Assembly (NCBI GenBank): GCA_964304625.1
Contig: OZ199840.1
Span: 10,751,844 to 10,815,843, forward strand
Length of the DNA: 64,000 nucleotides
Direction: 5' to 3'
Source of the DNA: Kudoa neothunni
Lineage: Eukaryota; Animalia; Cnidaria
Every line of letters starts with the position of its first letter. Position 1 is the first letter of the stretch. Shown in pieces: positions 50,379 to 63,123 of the stretch. The notes under the pieces were generated by a model. It was not told the origin of the DNA and searched no databases. It saw only the letters and a list, made by a program, of their open reading frames with translations. A program made the position numbers and the translations under genes.

Positions 50379-53268
50379 ATGAAGCTATTATCTCATATTT
50401 TGGGAATATCTTTAGTTATTATTTGTAATTACACAACTAATTATAATGATTTCTTAATCAAATTTAGCTAAATGCGTTTTACTAAATGGAGAAGGTCCAG
50501 CAGCTGTTCCTGAATCTACTCAAAAAGCTCTAAGCTACACTATTGTCAAAGAAACCAATGGAAATAAAGTTAAACTTACTTTAAGTGGCAATGATTACTC
50601 TTCTTCAACAAAATGTTATATTAAAAAATCTGAGGAAAATGCCGAAAATTACGCAGATATAAGTGGATGTCCTGAAAACGCACATACTGGAGCCTCTGGA
50701 AAATGCTGTAGAACCTGTTTAGAAGGTGAAAATAAACTGACCTTTGATCAATTTTCACCAAGGACCAAGTATGTAGCAGTTTTTACTGGAACTGATGTTG
50801 GAACTGCCGTTGGGAAAACTACAGGTGGAACAGTTTTTGGGCTCGAATTGCGTATATAATTATATTTTTATTTATATAACATAAAATCAGGTTTATTGGT
50901 GAATCCACAAGTAACAATAACAACTACAGCTGTAACCACAAGAAAACTGAAACTAAGCACTGTTACATGCAAAAAAGTTGCGTGTCCTATATTTTACAAG
51001 GGAGTACAATACGCGGCAGGAACAATGGGAAGTAGTTGTACTGCTGCAAACGGTAGTGATAATGAGGTGGATTTTAATATGATGATACCTCATTACGAAA
51101 TGAGATGTGAACATTATCCCAGTTTTTTTTATAAACTGCAAAACAAATATACTTTGATGAATATGGATGTTTATAAACCCCAATATTACGTTAAATTTAA
51201 AGACATTGATAAAACTAAATATCAAATAAAGTTTACTAATAAATTCCCCTTCGAAATATGTCGTTTCAGTATTAAACTAGAGTCTACTGAAGTTAGTGCC
51301 GCTACATCCAAAGAATATACCTCAAATTGCGGCGGAACAACGAATGATTGCTATGCTCCATGTAATGACGTAGAATTAACGTTTGATGCCTCCAAAGTTC
51401 TGGTGGAAGTTATGATTCAAACAAGACATTTTCCTTTAGGAAAAGTTAATAACAAATACCTCGGTTATATACAAGAGAAATTTGGTAATAAATCATTATT
51501 TTTATTTTTAAATAATTGATATTAGTCGTGACTAAACCCTCCACTGCTGACGGAACGTTATTGTCTGCTTTCAAAAAAGATGGTGTCACTTTAAACGTCC
51601 CCTTATTTAATCCAACCACAGCCCCGAAATTTACCAGCTGTACAGTGACACATTATGCAGCAGACGAACCGACTCCTACTAGTGGTGTAACAACAAATTG
51701 TGGAAGTTCTGGCAGTGGCAACTGTCAAAATGCATGTGACGCACCTTTACCGATAACAGGATTATCTCCCGGAAAACCATATATACTTCTTATTGCAGCC
51801 GGGGCATCTGATGGAATAAAAGCTGGTTTTAAGGAGAAAATATTCTTTAGAACAGGTATATAATTTTAACATTTAATTTATCGTAAAATTCCTTAAGAAA
51901 ATGACGAAACAAAAACATTTTCATCAGCGAAACCAACGTTAAGTGAGACAGCGGCCTCAATCAAAGCCATATCTGGAGATGACACATTGACAAAAGATGA
52001 CGCTACATGCGCCTATTATATTAGTCCACGCGGAAAGGATGTGTATGTTTGTGCAATGTGCATCGATAGTTATCCATGTCGAGGTTTATGCAGGGAAACT
52101 CAGAATATTGTTGGATTGAAGCCAGGAATTGAGTATGACCTTAAGGTTGTTGCACATAAAGAGTATGGGTTCAAGGTACATCCAATTACAACAGGTATAT
52201 TAACTAAGATAAATTGAATGAGTTGATTTATAGCAAAATCAACATTCACACTAACAAAGGAATTTGTCGACAAGGGTTTCAAAATAGTAGGAACATTGTC
52301 TACACCTGATTCAGAGGCCAAATGCCACTACAATGTGGAAGTTAAGAAGGGAAATCAATATACTTTAATTCACCAATGCCCACAAGTACCAATTTCTCCA
52401 AAACCAGCTGAAACCCCTTCCAATAAATCAAAGCTTTCCAAAATTATGGTCGCTAGATCAAAAGTTGATTCAACATCCCCTCAACCCAGCAAAACGACCT
52501 CAAATATGCCCACCTATTGCACTGAGCCTCCATCATGTTCTGAGATATTATTCACAACTAACTATGATCGCTCTAAGAAATATCGTGTGGTGGTAACTAA
52601 GGTAGGAGCACACGACGCAAATATTGAAATTCCAGAGAGTACAATTTTTGCTTTTAATGATAAAATAAAACTGTTATTGTAATATAATTATTATACTTAG
52701 ATCCTATAGTAAAAAACCAAGATATAACTAAACAAATTATTATTAGCATTGAGCGTGATGGAAACAAATTAAAGGTTACGTCTTCACTACCACAGCAGTT
52801 CGCTGAGAACACATGTGGATGGGAATTAAGAGACTCAACCAATTCTGAGAACGCTTTAGTTAAATCATGTAATGGAGAAAACGATGGAGGTTGCGAAACC
52901 CTTCCTAAATGCAAAGCATTTGAAATCACAGGTGTCGAGGACACAAACGATTACCAACTAACAGTTTATGTTAGCAGTGATAAAACAATCAATGGAAATA
53001 GCCAAATTAAGAAAGGTATATGTGTTATATGCTTAAATTATCAAATTCTTCTTAGGAGAAAGTTACGACACAATGAAATCAACGTAACTTAGTTTTATTT
53101 ATTTTTGTCGTTTACAATACTTATTTAGATCAAAAAATACTATGTAAAATTAATATTGTTTATGTGTTTATAAATATTTAATGATTTAGAATAATAATAG
53201 TCGCAGCCGCTGTAGGTGTGGTTGTTCTAGCGGCGGTCGCTGTGGTTTTCATAAAGAAAAGGAATTAA
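50379..53268 (+). CDS. Family gene A3: close paralogue of A1/A2, same 10-exon structure
   Basis: Same splice pattern with open exons (ORFs 50896..51519, 51516..51863, 51987..52217, 52296..52682), the same 28- and 15-nt micro-exons, and ends ...VVFIKKRN*. Confidence 0.88.
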
Positions 53269-54696
53269 CCAGCTATTTATTATTTAATTACAGATTTTAT
53301 TTATCAATTAATATAATATTTTACTAAATCATTTAATTTATATTTCCGTTTCTATAGCAATTTTCTCTAAATTTTCAGTTAGCTCACTTAAAATACAATA
53401 TTTTTTTATCTATTTAAATTAGTTAAAATTAAAAAATCGTGTTTACATCATTTACTTTCTATGATGATCCTACCCATTTATACAAAAATATAATTCTAGT
53501 CCCATTTATGCTAATTTGACTTGTTTAGCTATGCATGATAATTGCATTATATGATTAATTTTTCATCAGAATTTGGAATTATTGGGCGTATTCATTATTT
53601 CGATTGATTGAAATTATAATAAGATATGGAGAATGATTATGTTCATTATAGTATAAGATGTGTATAGAACGACTTTAACCCTATAAGGCAGTGGCTCTCA
53701 AACGAGGGTTAATTTTACATGACAGGAATTCAATTAATTACCATCAAAATTGGATAGGAGAAATTTTTATATAGTGGGTTTGTGACGTACTTAATGATTT
53801 CTAAGGAATTATATTATCCGGGGCTATAAAACTCAATATAACGTTGACAAACCTGCTTAAAATATATTTAGAGCAGGGGTTCCAGTTGGTGGAGCGAGAT
53901 CCATTCAAAGTTAAAATACTTTTTGATAATTTTTTGTTGGAGAAATTATTTATTTTGTGATTTTTATGTCGTAAAAAATTTTGAATTCAGAATTATTTTT
54001 TTAATCTTATCAGTCTTGCCTTATTATAATGCAATAATATATGAACAACCAAATTTAATTTACAGATTAAGTGAATAAAAATTTTTCTTTAAATAAATGT
54101 GGCAATTTAAGACGAAGGATATGTGTGTAGATTAAAAACAATCCCATTTACACGACCCAGAAATAAGTGATTTTTAGGGTAAAATCAATTTATTAATCAC
54201 AAAATAGATTAATTTTAAATTTTTATAATTAATTGCTGCAAGTATTGGAATTTATCCACAAAAATTTTTCATTGCCTAATAACGTAACATAATGTAATGA
54301 AAATAAATTGAACATCATTATTTTAAAAATTAAACAAAGAAAATTGAGTACAAAAGTTCAGCCAAAAAAATTAAGTTTAAAGAATTGATAATTACACATT
54401 CGAGCGACATCTTACCCACGTGTAATCTCCATTTTGTTTACAAAAACCTAAAAATTCCTTATTCCCTGCATATTTTAGAATCCTTTTTACTTTAAACGAC
54501 ATATTATATTTTTTAAAGAACTATTAAACCAACAATAGATTTTAAGTGTTCTATATATTGACATTAAATTTTTCAAATATAACAAAAGTAATTTATTCGT
54601 GTGTTAATAGATGGAATATATATAACTATTGGTTATAACATTAAAAAACGTTTTTTAGTTTAAATTTTGTTGAGGAGTTTTCATACGATAGATAAA

Positions 54697-55750
54697 GGCT
54701 AAATTACAGTATACGTGTCTGGTCTCAGCTAACTTCGTTGAATATTCGGTTTCCGCCGCCAGTGACTGCTTTTAAAACAATATTCACTTTATTAAACATT
54801 GATAAAATAATAATGTTAGATTATGGATATTTTCGAGAGGGTTTATCTTATACCATTAAATTTTTACAGAATATTGGTTTAGTAAATAGTATCCGCGCTT
54901 GTTCTTGTGGTGGAAGTATGTACATAATTTTAAGAAAAGATATTGTCGATAGATGCCATATAAATGCGAAAAATGTTCCAACCGATGTTCCATAATAACA
55001 GGGTCTTTTTTGAACAGTCAAAGATTCCAATATGGAAATCTTTTCTTCTGATAGTATGCATAATACAGCATCCTAATATGACATATGAGAGTTTATGCAA
55101 TCATTTGGATATTTTGTCTTATCCTACAATATGTGATTGGAGAACAATGATAAAAGATCTGATGGCTTCAATATTGGATCAAAAGTTTTCAAAAATTGGT
55201 GGGAAAGACATTGTGATTCAAATCGATGAAACCGCCATAACAAAGAGAAAATATGATGTGGTCGCATCCTTTGAAGTCAACAATATTGGATGACTGGGGA
55301 ATAGACGAAGATGGTAATTGTTTCCTCAAGATATCTCGAAAAATAAATCGCATAGTCCTAGAAGAAACCATATGCGAGAATGTAGAGGAAGGTTCCATTA
55401 TTTGGACTGATGATTGGGGTGGATACAACCGCATGGAAACATTAGAATTTACCCACGGAACCGTTATTCATAAGCGCTGATTTTTTTGTGATGAAGGCGT
55501 CCATACGAATAAAATAGAGGCGACATGGGGTGTTTTCAAGCGTAAATATGGAAACGCGACCAATAAAAATCTAGACAGTCTTGTTAAATACGTGGCCAAT
55601 TTCTTGTATCGAAGAAAATACCCCGGAAAAGAAATTAGCCCCTTTTTGTGAATACATAATGAGTTTATATATTGCTTAAATATTGTTTACGATTCTTATC
55701 GAGTGTGAATTTTTTCGCCCCATGTTAGGCACGTATACCGTAATTTAGCT
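54697..55750 (+). mobile_element. Short Merlin (ISXO2-like) transposon, pseudogenised
   Basis: TIRs GGCTAAATTACAGTATACGTGTCT and AGGCACGTATACCGTAATTTAGCT. Motifs KIGGKDIVIQIDET, GSIIWTDDWGGY and GVHTNKIEATW; frameshifted. Confidence 0.88.
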
Positions 55751-56179
55751 TAATCTTAAATCTTAATAAATAAAGTACAAGTTTTAAAATTTACACGCAC
55801 GCTCGCCAAAAAAATAACGGAGATATTTTCAAAGTTTATTTTATATTCAAAATAAATAAAAACTAATATGATATTTGTGGTCGGTGACTTCGTATTACAG
55901 CTACAATCTTTGGATATTTGTTTTCTCCACGTTAAAGCGTTGAATCAAAAGTGATAACTTTTTGGATATTGTTCAAAAGAGAAAGCAAGTATGGGTCATT
56001 CACTTTCCGTTGTTTCAATTGCGACAGAACAACAAGATCCCTAATATCGCAAAATACTCGCTATTCAGAAACTTTTTAAAGATAAAAAGACGAAACGATA
56101 GAAAATTATGTCGAAACTCGGTCTTTTGCATTCAAAATCTAACTCAGATTATTGGAGCACCGTTACCAGCATTCAGTGG

Positions 56180-56383
56180 TGTTATAGTTTGGGATTAAGG
56201 CCGCGCAAAAGAAAGAGAACTGGAATAAAATAGACTAAAGGTAGTGATGGTATTCCTCCCAGTTTAGTCGTGTCTAAACTTATATCTCTGTAGCGTGGGC
56301 CCCGCGTCGGTCTCCACCGGGTCGCCCACCCGGGAACGACTTCCCTCTTTATTGTGAGGGATTGTGATTCTCGGATTATGACA
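56180..56383. mobile_element. Solo LTR (204 bp) with perfect 5-bp TSD
   Basis: TGTTATAG...TTATGACA, flanked on both sides by AGTGG (56175-56179 and 56384-56388). GC-rich core. Confidence 0.75.
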
Positions 56384-56639
56384 AGTGGGATTTTAACAAA
56401 TTAAAAGGTTTAAAATCTTTATTATTAAAATTATTCTAAATTTAGATACTTGCTATATGAATAATAATTAATTAAAATGGACAAAATTGTTCATATTCGA
56501 TATCGTCAAACACATCGACAACAGTTATTTAAATTTAGATGCCAATAAAAAATTTTCATACGTATTTCTGCCGCGGATCCCCTAGGCAAGCTTCACGGAA
56601 TCCATGGGAACCGTGAAACCCCGGTTGAAAACCACTGCT

Positions 56640-58457
56640 CTAAAGCTATTGGAGGTTCCTTCGCACAAGATTCTCCTAAAGGTAGGCACTCTAATTATAT
56701 TGCTAAGAAATTTTGATTCACTAAAGTTGCGTAACGGCACTCGATTGGTGGTAAAGTCGTTAATGTCATCTTATTGAGGACATTATCGTAATAGGTTGTA
56801 CCAAAGTAAAAGATTTCTATATTTCGAGAATTCCGATTATTCTTTCAGACACCTCCATTAATTTTAGAAGACTGCAATTGCCCATCAAACCATGCTTTGC
56901 AGCGTCCATAAATAAGGTCTAAGAGCAAATCATCGAAGTTGCCAGTTTATATTTGGAGGAACCGTGTTTTTCTCATGGGCAGTTGTATGTCGTCAACTCC
57001 AGGGCAGGCTCCAAACATAATTTATACGGGTTTTCTCCAAACGGTCTGACTAAAAATATAGTTTATAGGGAGATATTTCGATAACTGACTATGCTATCAT
57101 TTTCTTATTTTTATAGATCTTATTCGCCTACTTGAATTCAGTGTTTATGTAAATTTCATTCAAATTTATTTATATGAAATAATGTCTATTTGATTCTATT
57201 TTTGGAAATATATCTACAATGACATGTGGAACATTATTCTATTTTCATTAAGTGATAAGAGTATAGACCTTACACGAAACACTTTTATTTGCCAATTTTT
57301 TGAGTGAAGAACCGATAACAATCTTCATCCCCGACATTTATTTTAAGATTTAGCAGTAGGTTATGCGATATATGTGCTTCGTTTACTGTTTGAAGTAATT
57401 TTTGTTAATTTCACAAAATAAAAATCTAATACTTCATGCCGCTGATCTAACTTTATGGGGGTTATTGATCGTAACTTGGAGTGTTATATCAACCTCTATT
57501 TTCTTTTTAAAAACGTCGTCAATATCTATCACTGTAATAGGATCAGAAGTTGTTTGGATTCCCAAAAAAAGCTTAAAATGGTAGATATAGCTATTTTTCC
57601 TGTTAAATATATCCTAGGTGTTGGAAAAATACGTACCTGTTCCAAAAACGTGTTGCTGATTAGTGCGAAACTTGCATACGCAAATTTTCCATAAAATAAA
57701 TTTTGTAAAATGTCGGTTCGTCATCGTCTTAAAGCTACTACGATCTAGTTACATGGTCAATTTGAACCCAAATCATAAAGTAACCACAAATCATGATTAA
57801 ATAAACGCGTTAATTTTAAAAGTGGCTTTGTATTGGGTTGTTATATCTTTGAATAAGCTTGTGGAAGTATTTTGAATTTGTTTGTCTACATTTTTCAAGA
57901 TTTCGCGTGTGACGAAATTTCATTGGCAGCCGTTTATAAGATTTCATGTTCAAAATTTAATCTACCACATTGCTGTAGGTATGATTCAACTGAAAAGGCC
58001 TGTAAAGGATTTCAAGTGAGATTTCAATGTCGGATTCTATATCCCTTTACGCGTCGACTCTAGTATAGTTGTATTCCGTTCTAATGCCTCACGTATACGT
58101 CGCTTTCTATAAGCTTTTCTTAGTTTCTTAACACCATGGACGCATCAAATAATGATGTTGAGATTTAAACGAAATGAGATTCATTTGTTAGTATTATAAT
58201 TTTTTAAATTTATATATATTATGTTTTTTCTGTTTCTTCTTAAATATAATAACTACTTACATTATTAAGTAAAATTTTGTTACATTTCGTTTACGACTGT
58301 TTATTTCGCACAGTAGATTTTCGGCAAATGTTTGTGCTATTAATATAATAAAACGTTTATTGTATTAAAAAATATAATATAAAACATTTTTATTTCAATT
58401 TTTCCCCATGAATTAGATATTTCCAACACCCCGAGTGTAGTCAGGTATTACGGCTAG
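56640..58457 (+). mobile_element. Helitron 3' portion: PIF1-like helicase remnant and CTAG terminus
   Basis: 56640-57083 translates to PSHKILLKVG..LLRN...NGTRLVV...RIP...FRRLQLP...SINK...FSHGQLYV...TKNIVYREI. The 3' end is the hairpin-like CCCGAGTGTAGTCAGGTATTACGG-CTAG|T. Confidence 0.85.
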
Positions 58458-59010
58458 TTAACGATATAATTATAAAATGTGTATTAACTAAATAATATTC
58501 AGCTAGCAAGGTCTATCCAAATGTAACTCGAATTATTTTCATTAATGAAACGCATACAACTCTATTAAATATCATCTTTTAAATGAATATATCAAATTAA
58601 TAACATAAAACAATGACAAATATTCCTCTAAATTTTACTTGGAATCAATATTTAAAAAATATAATTAAAAATTATAATAATTTCAAATCATATTGTTATG
58701 TTGGCGTAAAACTTGCTTTTATTATTACTTTTGACCGAACGATTAAATTGATATTCACTCGATATTACACTGGGATTAAATTTATCACAATAAAAATATT
58801 AAAAATTGTTTGTATAAGTGTCGATTTTTATTGAGAACTTTATAATAAGGAGATTAATTATTGTCTTAAAAAATCAGAAAATTAGAATTATAAAAATTAC
58901 TGTATATTTAATGTTTTTATTCACATCAGTCAGTAAAATTGATTTTATTTAATCGATTTCTAATTTTGACATAAAAATTAAAAAAATTTTTAAAATATAA
59001 TTACAGTAAT

Positions 59011-59567
59011 GGATCGGTCGTACGTAATCCCTTTGAGGATGAGGAAATTGTACGTGCTATTGGTCCCGGCCGGATAGTACTTTTTTGCTCAAGCGCACAA
59101 AATTTTGAACACACAAAACAAGCTGTAACTTAAATATTAATGAAAAGACAATTGTTTTTTTTATTTAAAATTACGATTTAATAATGAATAAACATCTGGA
59201 ATAGAATCAGTCATAAACTCCCATTTTTTGAGCTATGATGTTTAATATAGTTGCCAAACCCTTCTAAATAAAATAACGCCAACTCTGAAAGGCTCGATTT
59301 TTGATCAATAAAATAATCATCCTTTTCTGAATTATTGGGGAGGGACTGTCATTGCGCCATTGTTATTTCTTTGAATTAGACAGGACATCATTGTAAACCA
59401 TACTACTATGTATCTACAACATATGTCAATGATTGATCTTCATTTTTCAACTAGATACCATATTTATGTAACTATAAAAACTTTATAATTGTTTAATCGT
59501 GGTAAAAATGAAGGAAAACGCTTATTTTAATCACGCGGCAAAAAGAAAAGGTATGTACGACCGATCC
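59011..59567. mobile_element. MITE with GG-terminal TIRs (Merlin-like)
   Basis: GGATCGGTCGTAC...GTACGACCGATCC, a perfect 13-bp inverted repeat. No matching TSD seen. Confidence 0.55.
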
Positions 59568-60189
59568 TCACATGACTTTTTATTTTACATATTTTCGTAC
59601 TAATTATGCTTAAAGTTATTTGAAGCGAGTAATAATAACATTAAATCATTTTCAAAACAATTTTAAATACGAGAGAACCTTTTAATATCTAAAATAACTA
59701 ATGTACGTACGTGCGATGCTACGTACAACCTGTCCTTCGCAGTATAATGAAAAATATAAAAAAAAGAATATTTTCGGGAATTTCATCTTTTTAATTATTA
59801 ATTTATTAGCTTGGGAATTATAAATTTTGAATGTCTAAAAACGATAAAATGACTCAAATTATTAAGAATGTATACTTTTATACAAGTAATTTAATTAATT
59901 CCTACATAAAAAATTATTATAGGGTATTCTTTGTTTAAATCCGGATGAAGGGATTTACTAGGATTATTAACGAAATTAAAATTCAAGAGATACATAAAAT
60001 GAACTTCGTGAAAAAATATAATTTTTAAGATATGTTTATTCTAAAAGAATAAAATATTTAATTTATACAAAAATTCTAGACATTGATTATTGAAATAAAT
60101 ATAAAGTAATTTTACTGTAATTGTAAATAATAACCATCGTTTTATATGGAGTAATATAACGTTTTCTCTAGTAGATGGAAATGAGATGT

Positions 60190-62822
60190 TTAGTTCTTGG
60201 ATTTTCTTGCCATAAAGACCACTCCGCCGATAACCAAGCCCATAGCTCCTATTACCGCGAGGAAACTAAATAAAGATTATATGCAATTTCTTGTTATATT
60301 AACATTTTAAAGTTACATCCACCAGTTCTTTTTCATCCAACCACTATAAAAAATAATTTAGATTTAAAAATAAAAAAACTTATTTTTACCCAGTTCCTTG
60401 TCCTAAAAAATATAAATCACAATACATAAATAGTAATTAATAAGTTACTTCCAATTTCAATCTCTTGAATAAGTGCTGCAGTTTGTCCTTCACCTGACGA
60501 TAACCGATAACTGTAATTTATATCTATATTGTCCAAGACAACCGAATTGGCACAATCAATGTCATCATCAGTTGATTTTCCAATCTTCTCAAACAAGAAT
60601 TTGTCATCTGGATTCGTGGGATTGATTGCGTAAATCACAACGTCACATAAATTCCCTGGCTGAGTCTTGTCTGGTATGATTGTTAACCTTTTTTCATCAA
60701 TGTCAAATGTTATTTCTGGTTTTACTTTATTTTCACTTGGTCCTAAAGTTTGTATTTTAATGTTCATAAATCAATATTTATTCACTTATTTGTCGCGACA
60801 CTTGATAAACTGGATGATTAATGTGACCAGCATGGACCAACTCGATACTTAGGGTTATATTAACAGGTAAATTTATCACATAAAATCTTTGAGAACACAA
60901 ACCCCAACATAGTTTTCCATTCGAACAGGTTGCTATTATTTTTCGCGATTTTCTGGGTATTCTATATCTCACGTAACATTTCATTTTTGGGAGATAAGAC
61001 TCATATTGAGTCTCCGTTCTTGGGGTCATAATCATTGTGTCACCAAAAAACAAGGCTTGTGTCCCATCGAATTTAATTGGAGCTAATAAGATTTAGTATT
61101 TATAATAAATATGTATATACTCGTTGCCAGAAGTTTATTAACAACATGCTCTGCAGCACTAGAACTTGATCCTATTTTCATCTCAAGTATATATGCTGTG
61201 TTAGGAGTTAGAAGTTTCAATGCCGTTTTTCCGGCACACGCATCAGTACATGCTTCGTTTCTACCATCTCCGCATATTTTGCTCATAGGAATCCCCGGAA
61301 GTTTTGCGGGTAACAAGGACGGATAACACTTGTCAGAAGCTTCAGTATCGGTAACTTCATAATTAGCTGATGTTGCTGTGATATCAGACAATGTTACAAT
61401 ATTTTTATTGGCTAGATTATATTATATTATTTTATATTTATTTATTAAGAATATACCTTTAATTTTATATTCTTGATGTCCATGTCTAGTCGTTATTTGG
61501 ATAGTGTAATCTGTAAGAGCGGATGTACTTTGCCCCGTCAATTCTAGAGTGGTAGCTCCACCACAGTATTTATAGCATTTTTCATTACCAGTTCCAGTCT
61601 GACTACATTTATCCTTATAACTAATATCACCACCCTTTATTTGGAAATTGCAGATTTCATAGTCCATGTATGGATTTTGCACTTTTAACGGGAATTTGTC
61701 TGATGTACCCGTTTGTGATACGGTGAAAGGAACATATTTAAATTTGTTATCTTTATTATAGAAAGATTTGTTGGCATAGAACATGATTTTAGCTTGGGTA
61801 GCACCACAGTAAGAGTAGTAGGCATTAGACATTGAGTAGCGAATTGGTACAGTAATATTATATGCAGAACAATTGTTATTTTCCACCTTGACCAAAGTTG
61901 TATCTTGGTTAGTGCTTTTAACTCGGCATTTGTAGTTGTCCGTGCAGAAATTGTTAACACCGAATTGAGCTTCTTCTTCACTAAGTGTAACATTAGTTTC
62001 AGGAAGTCTTGACATATCTACCAAAAAATAAGCTTAAAAACTAAACTATTTTTATTTACCAGCTGGAACCGCTAATATATTAACTTTGATTCCTTCAGTA
62101 ATTCTGAAATAATGCATCGATCTTCCACTATTAACTTTAATCACAACCTTCTCGTTACATTTAGGTTCGCATATAACTTCTTCCTCGCCAACAGCTATTC
62201 TACACATAATTTCATTGAATTTGGCTCTAACTCCATCTCTAATAAAATGTTCTATTTTGCATTTATCGGCTTCTACTCCATTCAAATGAATTGTGATTTC
62301 ATCCAAGTATTTGGAGATTTCTTGATCAACTATAGGTATATCTTCTGGATTTATTATGGTTTCAATAGGGTCGGCAGTAGTAGTAGATTCTGTGCTCTCA
62401 TTTGATGAGGAAGAATCAGTCGAAGATTCGGTATTAGTCTCTGTCTCTGGCTCAGTAACAGTATCAATATCAGTATCAGTCTCATCATTTTCAATACCAT
62501 TCTCATTATCGTCTGTAGCGCCAGTAGCATCCGCAGCACCACCATTACCAGTGTCACCAGAAATAACATCTTCACTTTGAACCTCTTCAGTGGATTTCAT
62601 AAGTATCAAGGGAATGCTTGAGGTTGAAGTGTTATCTTGAATAGCATTAATTTGATTATCACCTTCTGGCTGTGGAGCTACAGGTACAGGTCGTTCGATT
62701 TGTTTGATAAAATACTTATGACAACATACTAAATATGAATAAAATATTTAAAGGAAGATAAAAAGTAATAGTTTACTCGTCGTAAGAATAGTTGAAAATA
62801 AAAACCAAAATGGCAACCTCAT
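60190..62822 (-). CDS. Family gene C: highly divergent member, 9 exons, acidic Thr/Ser-rich N-terminal insert
   Basis: Signal peptide MRLPFWFLFSTILTTICCH; phase-1 domain exons; shared motifs EICNFQIK, KCYKYC, IQITTRH, LTPNTAYILEM and CWGLCS. Micro-exons at 60390-60402 and 60317-60343; TM plus tail IFLAVIGAMGLVIGGVVFMARKSKN*. Confidence 0.82.
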
Positions 62823-63123
62823 ATTATATTAATTCTTCGTTATTATCTATTATCGGTATTAATGAGCACCAAATAAATCGTGCATAAGTTACACAAGGTT
62901 CAATACGCTGGATATAACCGGCCTTATCATTAAACGCAAAATAAAATATTTAGCGAATAAAAAAAGGATATATCATGTAAAAATTATTGCAGAAACAGTA
63001 GTTATGAAATTCTAAACATAATGATTGTACGCGTAGATTATAAACCAATGAATCTATTCAAAGTATGAAAGACAAACTAATGTATTCATACCTCCTAGTG
63101 TATTCATCTATATGTATGTATAA

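Larger units (their letters stand above)
53874..56637. mobile_element. hAT (Charlie-like) non-autonomous element containing a nested Merlin and a solo LTR
   Basis: CAGGGGTTCC...GGTTGAAAACCACTG termini. The putative TSD matches at only 5 of 8 positions (ATTTAGAG/CTCTAAAG), so the pairing of the two ends is uncertain. Confidence 0.5.

Noticed and set aside
40871-55650. IS1595/ISXO2-like transposases as evidence of bacterial contamination or recent HGT
   Set aside because: Eukaryotic Merlin elements carry this domain, and both copies are decayed and embedded among intron-containing genes.
56230-56350. GC-rich stretch with TTCCTCCC and hairpins, considered as an HDV-like ribozyme or ncRNA
   Set aside because: I could not build the nested double pseudoknot. 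The segment is explained as the interior of a solo LTR with a 5-bp TSD.
24073-62580. Antisense and alternative-frame ORFs over the family genes (e.g. 24073..24321, 33255..33584, 43778..44113, 61685..61993, 62356..62580)
   Set aside because: Shadows of the real exons; their recurrence reflects the gene duplications.
23695-62822. Non-canonical splice sites or an alternative genetic code in the family genes
   Set aside because: The junctions I resolved are all GT-AG, and the standard code gives open frames.
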